From contig MU626357.1 in assembly GCA_025603075.1 (NCBI GenBank), positions 1 to 64,000 on the forward strand: a stretch of 64,000 nucleotides of DNA. Direction: 5' to 3'. Shown piece by piece: positions 46,751-58,032 of the stretch (position 1 is its first letter; each line of letters starts with the position of its first letter). Under the pieces are notes generated by a model that saw only the letters and a list, made by a program, of their open reading frames with translations, searched no databases and was not told where the DNA came from. This DNA is from Neoconidiobolus thromboides FSU 785 (lineage: Eukaryota; Fungi; Entomophthoromycota). A program made the position numbers and the translations under genes.

Positions 46751-47731
46751 ATGAATCCAGCAACAATTAACAACCCATTAATCCCAACCTCTTCCAATAC
46801 TATTGATATCAAGCCCAGTCCCTTTTTAGTTGATTTAGGCGAAGTTTGGTCTATTTATGGAGAAGATCTATGTATTGAAATAGAACAAGCAATTGAAGAT
46901 GATAAATATTATTCTAATAATAATAATAATAATAATTTTATAAAACCAAAGCAATATCAATTCCTTATTCATTTTATTAGTAAATATGATACTTTAATTA
47001 AAATCGGCGTAAAATATGATATACAGGTAATAACAATAATAATAATACTATATATATTGATCTATTTTATTTGTTTTTAAATAGTTAGATATGTTATGTC
47101 GTATTAATAAACTATCTATAAAAGATCAATTAATATCTAAAAAATATTTATTAATACCTATTAATGTTAATTTGAAATTAAAACAAATGGTTTATGAATA
47201 TCCCAATTATTTTTATAATTTGAATAAATTACAATTAAATACAATAATTCCTTATGAATCCTGTATTCCGCCACCATTAGATAAAACTATTGAGCATTAC
47301 AATATTGACGAAACTTCATTAAGTTCAATAGAATCAAATGAAGAGAGTAAGTTTATGTTATATTATATTATACTTATTAAATTCAATACTAATTTCTTTT
47401 ATTATTAGCTTTTAATGAAACTAAACGGAATAGTTATATGAGACCAATAATTAACATAGATAATATAATAGCAACTAAACGCAAAACAATGATAAATGAA
47501 AGTATAAATTATAAATTAAATCAACTAACTCCCTTATATGAAACTTATCAAACCATTGATAATACATTATTAGATTTATCAACTAATTGTATAATATCAT
47601 CATCATCATCATTATATAATAATAATAATAATAGTAATCAATTAAAAGAGAAACAAAATTATACAACAAATCCAGTAGAATTAATAACTTTTTCTTCAAG
47701 AAAAGTTAAATTACCTTTACCTGAAATTTGA
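46751..47731 (+). CDS. Intracellular LysM-domain protein, 3 exons
   Basis: Spliced HFISKYDTLIKIGVKYDIQ|LDMLCRINKL..DQLISKKYLLIP fits the LysM pattern. No signal peptide. Confidence 0.65.
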
Positions 47732-47846
47732 TTTATAATTTATACTATTTATTTTCTTCAATCTTCTCCTTTGTGTGTATACTCCTTTTTATTATTATAC
47801 AGAAATAAAAACACAATAAATAATTAAATTTGAAAAAAATTTATTT

Positions 47847-49104
47847 TCATAATTCATCTTTATCTTCTTCATTTTCATTAGGTACTCGTAACACTTGCAT
47901 CCCAGATGGATAAATAGCTGAAGCAGTGAATTCGGATAATACTAAGGCCGCTTGATAACCTCCATAAGCAGCAGAGATACCCACATCAATTAAAATGACT
48001 CTACCTTCACATCGAGTTCTAATTTTACCATTCGATTGGACTGTATGACCCACCACCATTCTTTTAACTCCTAATTTTTTTAATGCTGATTTTAATACAT
48101 TACATATTTCAGTTTCAGTTTCTAATGCATAACCCCGATACCAAGCTGGACCATCACCACCAAATAATTCCACATTCCATAATTCATTAGGTGTTTTTTC
48201 ACTTAATTCTTTTTTAGTGATTATATTTAAAGCAGTATTACCATATTCAGCAAAGGTGGGATGAATCCTAAATAAAAAATAAAAAATAAAAATAAAAATA
48301 AAAATAAAAATAAAAATAAAAAATGATAATATATATATGCTTAAACTATACTAGAATACTATATTATTATTATTAATTCTATTAAAACCTTACCCACCAT
48401 GACAAAATATAGTATCTTCAATTTTAGCTGTTAAATTTAAACCTCTTAAATACCGTCCAATCCAACCTTTTTCTGTAAACATTAATTTACGTTGAGTTAA
48501 ATCACCAAACGTTTGAATATCTTCTTCAGTAACATATCGATAATCTTCCATCAAATTCATTAATTCATGATTACCAAGTAAGGGAACTACCTAATAAAAA
48601 GAAAATAAATAAGCTTATTTTTAGCTGAAAGATTCATTATATTGTTGATTGATATTCAAAAAAGTAGATTTATCTAAAAACTTACTAGACCACCTTCAAT
48701 TTCAGCTTCTTTTCTAAGTCGTTTTAATAACTTGTATAATTTGATTGTATCTGGTCCTCGATCAACTACATCTCCCTATAAAATTAAAAAATTATTAATT
48801 TTAAACTTTTATTGCTTTATTTCAATTAGTAATATATAATAATACTCTTCTTTTTCTCTATCATTTCTCTCCTTTTAATTTTACCTTCTCAAAAATAAAA
48901 ACTTACCGTTTGTACTAAAGTAGTAGTATTCTTTCCTTTCCATTTATTATTTTGATCAATAACATCCACCATTTTTAATACTTTAATAGCTTGACTATAA
49001 TCCCCATGTAAATCACCAATAGCTATCATCCTTGGTCTTTCCCATTTACAAATAATACTATGAAGCCAAAAATTTAATGTTAATATTATTAAATTGAATC
49101 GCAT
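47847..49104 (-). CDS. Shewanella-like (Shelph/SLP) metallophosphoesterase with signal peptide and C-terminal KDEL, multi-exon
   Basis: GDLHGD, GDVVDRG, LLGNHE, VHGG, GPAWYRGY, VVGHT and IDVGIS motifs. Ends ..EDKDEL*. Confidence 0.85.
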
Positions 49105-49514
49105 TTTATAATTTAATAAAGAAGCTTGAAAAATAATTTCATTTCAATGTTTCAATATTTCAATATTTTGATGTTTCAATTTGTTAATTTTATATATAAA
49201 ATATGTAAGGATTAAAAAATAAAAACTTAAAAATGAAAGAGTTACAAAGTTATCAAATATAAACAAAAAAGTAATAATTATTTAATAGTTTATATTATTT
49301 TGAATAAAAAAATAAATTTAAATACAAAGAATAGAATAGTTCTTATTTTTTACATTGAATATCCAAGTCCTTAAATTTTTTCTCCAAAAAAATCAAATAA
49401 AGTCGTTTTGAATTTTTCTATCATTACTTGACTGTTTCCTTTTCTTGAAATTGATACTTAAATTTATGCCCATTTTTGGAATTGAAACTCAATAAATCTT
49501 AATATACAGATGAT

Positions 49515-51546
49515 TTATTCCTCTGCCAATGCTCTTTCTTTACTATCAATAATTAAAGGTCCTAATTCTTTAGTCAATACTGCTTTTTTAAGGAAAGGAT
49601 GTTGCAATAATTCTTTTGTGTTAGGTCTTTCAGCAGGTTCTACTTCTAAGCACCAATTTAAAAATTGTTTTAAACTATTAGATAAATTTTCTGGTTCTTC
49701 CAATTTAGGAGTACCAATAGTAGCTATTAAATACAATGCTCTTAATGGGTTTTCCTTTAAATAAGGCGGTTCTCCCTCTATCATTTCAATAATCATTATA
49801 CCTAATGACCATATATCAACTTTAGGTCCATATTCTTTACGTGTAACTATTTCTGGGGCCATCCAATAAGGTGTACCTACCATAGTTACTCGTCGATTTT
49901 CATCTTCATTTAATTGTGCACAAAATCCGAAATCCGTAATTTTAACATCTCCATTAAATGATAATAATATATTATCACTTTTAATATCTCGATGTATAAT
50001 ACTATGAGAATGTAAATGATCTAAACCTTTTAATACCTAAATAAATATTAAAATTAATATAATTGTTAATTTTTATATAATAATATAAATTTACTTCTTG
50101 ACTAATAGTAGCTATTTGACTTTCTGTAATAATAGTATTAGTAACTACTTCAGTTAAAGATCCTCCTTCCATATATTCCATAACTACCCAAAGGTCCCCT
50201 TTCCATAGATAGCCATCAATAAAATTGACAATGTTAGGATGTTTTGCTGATTTCATTACTGAAATTTCATTAACAATTAATTCTTTCTTAGGTTGTTGTA
50301 ATATATTGATTTGTTTTAATGCTAATGGATTATCAGGTTCTTTTGTATGATATGCAATAAATACACCGCCCGATGCTCCTTGTCCAATTTTACGATGTCC
50401 TTCATAAACTTTATAGGGATCTTGATAGTGACAGAATAATTTTAAGCGCTCCATAACATCATGAATAGAGGATCGTCGTTGCGTTGATGGTCTTGGCATA
50501 GGTTTAGGTGGTATTTCTCCAAGCGAATCATGAGTTATATTATCTAAATGATCAATTTCATTACGTGGAGTAAGTGAAGATTCCATTGGTAAAGATTGTG
50601 AAGTAGGATCTAATAAATTAATATTAATATCAAATTAATATTATACATATATTATAATAAAATATATTACCACTATGTGCTATAGATACTTGAGAATTAG
50701 TTGAAGGAGCAAGTGTACTTGCATCTGATTTCCTTGGTTGATTTTTTTCTTCCCTTAACGAATCTCTTAATTCTTGACGAGTTAACGATAACTAAGATAA
50801 AAAAATATTAATATTTTTTCTTTTTATTCAAACAAATTAAATAATATTCTTACTTTTCCAGTATTAAATTTCTTCTCATTATTATTATTATTATTATTAC
50901 TATCTTCAAACCGATCCCATTTACCATCTTTTTGTCCTTGATTATAAAATTCCATTACATCAATAACTGCCTGTTTTATTATAGTAAAAAAAATTAAGTT
51001 AATTCATAAACCTCAATTAATAAAATAGTTCAAAATTACCTGAGGGTGAGCAGCTTGTTCTGTTTGTGTAATACCCGATGTTTTAAGTATTTGTTTCCAT
51101 TCTTGAGGTAAACCCTAATAATCATGAAAATTAATATGTCTATTACCTTTTAAAAATTAAATTAAATTTACCAAAAATTCCCCAGTTTCATTATCATAAC
51201 CTACATGAGTAATATGTCTTGTATTAAATGGTAAAGAAATTTGTTGTTTTCTTTGTGGTTGAGGTGGACTATTATTAGCATTAAATTTACCTATTTAAAA
51301 GATAAAATATTGATTAATATCTTTATTTAGCTCTTAAAAGTTAAACTAAAACATACCCGAGACCGATGAAAAAAATTGTGAAAATTTATGTGATAAAGAA
51401 GAACGATTTCCAGCTTTACTTTCTTGTAAATTTAAATTACTAAGTTTTTTGTTTAATTTTTGCATCCCATTAGTATTTGGACTAACTTGATTGTTTTTTA
51501 AATTAGCTACACTTTTACTTTTCGTTAAACTTGAATTATTTTCCAT
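49515..51546 (-). CDS. STE20: PAK family Ser/Thr kinase (Ste20-like), multi-exon
   Basis: CRIB motif [25 protein letters not shown], and kinase motifs [27 protein letters not shown] and [10 protein letters not shown]. No PH domain seen. The start codon is less certain. Confidence 0.9.
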
Positions 51547-53161
51547 CTTTTCTTTGAATCTGAATTTGAATTTTATTTGTTATTTTATTTTTATATTTCA
51601 AATACTTATTCTTCTACAACTATTCTTTCCAATTATAAATACCTTCGATTTCAATTGCTATATTATATCGTGCTAATCTCTCTTCCTTTTTTAATAAATA
51701 TTGCTACTGCTGTTACTTCTATGCTACTTCAATTGGTAAACAAAGTATTTAAAACTAGAAACTTTTGATAATAAAAAAGAGAAAAATAAAAAGTTCTCAA
51801 AGAGGTGCAATAACCAAGAAGATTAGGGTGTATCTTTCTGTTGAGTGGTGATGGTAATGTATTTCGATTTTTATTGGTCAATTTTACTTATACTTTCAAA
51901 TTAATTGGCTAGCTTGAAATAGCCTGATTCGGTGGGTAATTAAAATTTAGAAATATGTTGTTGGCTTGATTTAGTAAAAAGGCAAGTAAATTTTTAATAA
52001 AATAATAATAAATTGAAGTAATTTATTAACTATTTATTAAACTGTTGAAGTTCAATTTTTGTTAATTTTGTTTTCTTTCAATTAAATAAGGTTGAAATAA
52101 TACAAGTTAGTTAAACCCTATATTGAAGCTTTATTTGAAAGCTAGAATGATATTAATTAAATATCGAAAAACAATTTTTGTATTTTGAGTGATTTCATGT
52201 AAAAAATTCAAGGCTTTAATCAAAGTTAAGTTAGAATTTATTGGATTTTCATGCTTTTAATTTAAATGAGATTAAACTTAGATGTTTCATATTTATTTTT
52301 AATTTTTTTTTATAAAGCAATTATTAAAATAAACATTTGCTTTTAGGATCAAAACAAGTATGAAATAAACTAAACAAATTAAAAAACTTATTGGTTGAAT
52401 TTTTTTAATTAATTGCACTTGTTTCTTTATTTAAATATGTTAATATCAGTAAAACTAGTAATTTGATTGTATTTAGCAACTATTCAATATTGATCTTATT
52501 ATTTCTAAATAAATATTATTATATTATGTATTATTTCAGTATTAAATGTTACAATGGTTTCATGTTATTTAGAATAAGAACTAATCAAAATCTAAGGCTC
52601 TATTTTATCCTGATTTTGAATTATTTATATAAAAGTTGTATTAAGGTCTAATTAATACAAAATCTTATCTGTAATATTAGCTAGGCTTTTAAGCTTTACA
52701 AGGTGTATTAATAAAGTACATCTAAATAATACATTCTAACTGAATCCTTTTCTATTAATGAAAATAGTTTATATTTTCAAATTTTGATGAGTTTTGTTCT
52801 TTTTATCAACTTAAAATTTAAAAAATTTATAGATAAATCCTTAGAAGTAAAAAACGTCAATACTTTAACTATTAAGCTTATTAAATAAAAAAGCTTAAAA
52901 AAGTACTCTGTAAATACATTCAAGTTCAATAAAAGGGAAAAAATAATAATCGATATAATATGATAATTGTTTTTTTAACATAAATTATTATGTACATTAT
53001 ATAAAATACTATATTGTTATCATTAATAAAACCAGAGCTAACAAAAAACCATTTGTCACATCTAATTGGCTATTCAATACATCAAAAATTAAACTCAAAT
53101 AAAATTTTATTCTTACTCTTTAATCCAAATAATAATATAATAATATAGAAACAACTTCAAT

Positions 53162-54530
53162 ATGTCTAACTTAAGACCCCTTTTTAGAAACATGCCAAGA
53201 ACCAATATATATCTATCAACAACGTCTACTTCTAAATATAAAATAAGACTTAATTCAACTAAGTTTATTCCAATCCGAAATTTAACCATAACAGCTTCTA
53301 GTTTACATAGTACTTCATTCTCAAATTCAACAAACCCAGTTTCCACTCCAATAAACATCCAACAAGAATACATAAGTATCTCATTTTATAAATTTGTCAA
53401 CTTACCACAATTAAAGTTATCTCAATTACGAACCCAATTACTTAAAGATTTAGTTCAATTACAAGTGAGTGGAAGAATCTATATAGCTACTGAAGGTATT
53501 AATGCCCAATTTTCATGTCCTAAAAAACGACTAAAAGAAATTGAAAATTACTTTAAATCTGGTATAAAAATGGGGGATAAAAACTTATTTGGAGAAGATG
53601 TTACTTTTAATATTTCGACTTTAAATGAAAAAGGATTTTCAAAATTACATGTTAGAGTTAAAAAACAGGTAAGTGGAAATTTCATAAAGTAGATTCAGAT
53701 GGATGAACTAATTGGGATTTCAATTTATTAGATCGTTGCTACGGATATTTCACCAGAAGAATACAATATTGAAGATCAACCTACTTATTTAGACGCTGAA
53801 AAGTGGCATAAAGAGTTGACTGAAATATCTGAAAAAAAAGATAAATTTTATCTATTTGATGTTAGAAATCGATATGAGAGGTAATTTAACTCATCTTCAA
53901 TCATTTTTAACTTTAATCCAACGAGTTAATAGTGATATTGGTCATTTTGAAGGAGCGATCCTCCATGATGTAGTTACATTTCGAGAGGGTATGGATAAGT
54001 TAATCGAAGATACCCAAGGCTTACAAAAAAAGCCAATTTATATGTATTGCACTGGTGGTATTCGATGTTCTAAAGCAGGTTCTATATTAAAATCAAAAGG
54101 GTTTAAAGATGTTAGAATGCTAAAAGGAGGTATTACAGCTTATGGGAATTATATTAGACAATTGAAAGAAAAGATAGAGGAAGAATTAGTAAGTGATAAG
54201 GAAGATAAAAAACAAGTGAAATCTTTGTTCCGTGGTCAAAACTTCACATTTGATAAACGAAGAGGAGAGCCCATTTCAGAAGAAATTATAAGTAAATGTC
54301 ATCAATGTGGTACTCCTACCAGTAATTATACGAATTGTATTAATATTGTTTGTAATTTATTATTTTTACAATGTGATGCTTGTAAGATTAAACATAAAGG
54401 TACTTGTGGTTGTGAAAGCTGTAAAGAACCCATACTTACTAGGGAAGATAATATTGAGAGGAAAAGTGCCGTACACCACCATACTATTAGAGTTAGACCT
54501 GAGTTGGTTATTGGGAAGATTGTACCTTAG
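53162..54530 (+). CDS. TrhO/YceA (UPF0176)/TSTD2-like rhodanese-domain protein with predicted mitochondrial presequence, 3 exons
   Basis: GRIYIATEGINAQ, DVRNRYE.DIGHFEGA and YCTGGIRC motifs, with a C-terminal Cys cluster (CHQCG..NC.N..CNLLFLQCDAC). Confidence 0.88.
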
Positions 54531-54886
54531 TTTATAGTAGAGGAAGAATAGATATAGAATGTTTAAAATTGTAAAAGTTAATTAGTACATTTGTTTTTGT
54601 GTTTTAAAATTAGAATTAAAATAATAGAATTTAATAATATTATTATTATTTATTTTATAGTTCATTATTTTTTGCTTTTGAAAATAAAACAAAATCTCTT
54701 AATTAATCACTATAAATAAGCAATATGATTTAAACACAATTTTATGATTTAAAAAAAGTAAGGAGGAACCAAAATTTCATCCAATATCTTGCCCATATGC
54801 TATTAAGTTTTGAGACTAAAGTAGATTTACAAAATAAACTATAAATGAGGTTTTATTATAATTATTGTTTTTTTGTTGTATAAAAA

Positions 54887-56196
54887 ATGATTAGTAATAT
54901 TCAAAATAACATAATAGAAGAAGGTGCCTTATTAAACTATGAGCAAGATGAAGAAGAAGTAGAGCCAATGTCTTTCAGACATAGCCCTCTTCCTTATATT
55001 ACCTACTACCTAAAAAGTCTAATAAAACGAAGTACTTTATTGTTCATCATTCTCTTACTCTTTTCTTTATTAAGCGATCAACTTATACGTAAACTCAGTT
55101 TTCCTCCCAGAATGGACAATAATTCTTATGACAAGGACCTTGGCTTATTAAAAAATATTCCTGAACTTAATCAAACAAATCATTACAAAATGGATTTTCA
55201 TTTACACACTTCATATTCAGATGGTAGTATGACTCCAGAACAAGTAGTAGATTGGGCCTTTCTGAACGGTTATAACATTATTGTAATTACAGATCATAAT
55301 GAATTACATGGGGCTTTGATAGCTGAAAAATATGCTTTAAAAAAATACAAAAATAGTTTAATTGTTATTCCTGGCGTTGAGTATACGTAAGTTATTCATT
55401 AATATTAACTTAATTATAGTATATTTATTTCTATATTAATAGTAACTGTCGAGTGCACATGAATTTAATCAATATACGAAAACTATCTAATTTATATGGG
55501 GCTTATCCAAGTGACGAAGAGATACAAACTATTATTAAACAAACACACAAAAATGGCGGAATAGCAATTCTAAATCATATACCATGGAGTCATCACATAC
55601 AATTTGGTAAAACCAATTCTAGATTATCTCAACATCCCAGTGTAACTCAAGCAATTAAATGGGGCATTGATGGTATAGAAATTATTAATGAAAATATATA
55701 CGATCAATACACTTTGAATTTTCTTAATAAAAATGATCAACAATTATTAAAAGTAACAGGTACCGATTTACATAACCCTGGTTCTGCTTATGCTTGGTCA
55801 TTATTACCTAAGACAGTTCCATTGACTACAAAAGGCGTTATGAATTATCTCAAAAATAAAACAAATACTATAGATCATATCTTTTATCCTATAGGCACCC
55901 CAACCATTGTGCATCCCAAATTCAATCCAAAACATGCATATGTAATCCCATTAATGATTTTAGCTAATGTATTCGGTTCTTTTTTTACACTGGATCAAGG
56001 TATGTATTCTTTTCATGGGAGTTTTTGTCATCAAGAAACATTAACAGTCCATTACTTTTCTATATTTGTATTCTACTTATTTTTATATCTTTGTTTATTA
56101 ATCATTGATGGTTTCTCTTTATTATTTAAATGGGTGATGCCAAGGAATAATAACTTCAGGTATGCTCTGTTAAGACAATACTCTAGGTCCCCTTAA
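54887..56196 (+). CDS. Membrane-anchored PHP-domain metallohydrolase, 2 exons
   Basis: DFHLHTSYSDG, ITDHN, GVEYT..H, NHIPW and GTDLH motifs, with N- and C-terminal TM segments. Confidence 0.85.
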
Positions 56197-56982
56197 GTTG
56201 AAGTTTTTTTTAATAAACTTAAGTTTCATTTTCTTGAATATAAATTATTATTATTATTACAACCTAATTTAAAATTAAAATTATTCACAGCTAGGGGAGC
56301 TGGCAATTTCAACTGCATATAATGACTTAATTATAGCCAGAAAGTGGCAGTGCTTTAATTATTGAAATGAAATAAAATCGTAAGGATATCCTTTATATTA
56401 AATTGTTCAAAAAGAAAGCTACTTTATAAGTTAAAATTTAATAATAAATTACTTGGCTGAATAATGTAAATCAACTCTTGGATTTAAAATTCGGTCATTA
56501 TTAATTTTAAATTTTAAATGAAAATAATATATATATTTTATTAAGCATTTCAAATTATATAATACTTTTAGATGTTTTAGGACCCTCTGATTTCTATTAT
56601 TCTTCTATTCTATCTACTACAATAAAATGAACAATAAGCAATTGACCAGTTATGAAATCACATTGAATTAAAGATAGGAAGTTTTGTGTCAAAATGATAT
56701 TAAGGTGATTCAATGAGTTGATTTTTATCTATTTTATAAAAGGCATTAAAATTTACTAAAAAATTAACTGAAAAATTAGGCGAATTTGTTTGATGAAGGC
56801 GAAATTAAGTCATAATTAACAAAAATCATTAGCTAGCTATGTTTTAAACTGCATTAAATCAAATTTTCCTCGATGGAAAAATGGGGGGTATATAAGCTCA
56901 ACATAAGTATTAGTTTTATTTTTTATACATTCACTTAATTTAATATTTTAATTCCAACTATCACTATTAGGTTACTATAAAA

Positions 56983-57867
56983 ATGATGAAGTTACCTTTC
57001 ACCCGAATCATCAACTTACTATGCTTCATTCTGATCATTATTGTTAATGCTTTAGGTTTCTTTTTACCTTTAGGTAATCGTTACTTTTATGATCAAATCG
57101 ACTCAGCTTTAGCCCCTCATTACTGGTCCATCGTTATTTGGGCTTTAATTTATTTTACCATGTTTCTTTTTATCGTATATCAATTGACTCCATTTACCTA
57201 TATTTATGACTATATTAACTATGGGATCTCTCCATTATTTTGGGTTCAAACTTTAGCTAATGTAGGTTGGGTATTTTCTTATGCTTATGCCCCACCAGAA
57301 CTAGCTTGGATTCAATTGATCTTTATTTATTTATTATTCTTATCTCTTGCCCTTATGTATAGTTCAGTTACTAAGTATATCAAGAGAGATTTAGCAACCA
57401 GAGAAAACTCGGACCATCATTACTTTTTCAATTTCTTTTTTGGTAGATTCTGGCTTTCGGTCTATTTCGGTTGGGTTTCAGTATCAGTAATTTATTACTC
57501 TTTTGCTATTCTTGCAGATCTTAGTGAATATTCATACCGTAATGCTTCTATTGTTTTTGGCGCTCTAGGTTTGATGGCTCTTATCTTATTAGCTCTTAAC
57601 CGTGATGTAGTATATGGTTTAACTGTCGTATGGGCAGCTATTTGGATTGCTTTGAATTATAGTTATACTAACCAAGATAACGGAAGCCCACAATGGCCCG
57701 TATTCCTTAGTGCTTTAATTGTTGGTGCTATTATACTATTAGCCTGTATCATTACATTTATTATCAATTTGTTCTTTTCTTTGGGACGCTCTGTACATAG
57801 AAGAAAACATTATGCTGATTCAGCTACTACAGGTTTACGTGAACCAGTTCCAGTCCATGTAGCATAA
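56983..57867 (+). CDS. Multi-pass Trp/Tyr-rich membrane protein, TspO/MBR-like
   Basis: Intronless, about 7-8 TM segments. AP..WSIVIWALIY, GWVSVS and D.VYGLTVVWA resemble tryptophan-rich sensory protein-like families. Confidence 0.55.
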   Translation: MMKLPFTRIINLLCFILIIIVNALGFFLPLGNRYFYDQIDSALAPHYWSIVIWALIYFTMFLFIVYQLTPFTYIYDYINYGISPLFWVQTLANVGWVFSYAYAPPELAWIQLIFIYLLFLSLALMYSSVTKYIKRDLATRENSDHHYFFNFFFGRFWLSVYFGWVSVSVIYYSFAILADLSEYSYRNASIVFGALGLMALILLALNRDVVYGLTVVWAAIWIALNYSYTNQDNGSPQWPVFLSALIVGAIILLACIITFIINLFFSLGRSVHRRKHYADSATTGLREPVPVHVA

Positions 57868-58032
57868 AGTCAAGAAGACAAATTAACCATTACTTGTATA
57901 ATAATATAGCTCATTAAAAATTTAATAAATATATTTTAAATATAATTTTGTTTAATAATAGCAATAGTTTAATATATATACTAATAATGACACGAATTAA
58001 AAAGCAGCTTTATTAAAATTAATGAGTTTTAT

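Noticed and set aside
33064-48320. Simple repeats: (GAA)n in UTP11, (AAT)n and (TTTTTC)n in VPS9, intronic (AAAAAT)n in the phosphatase
   Set aside because: Ordinary microsatellites and low-complexity coding tracts.
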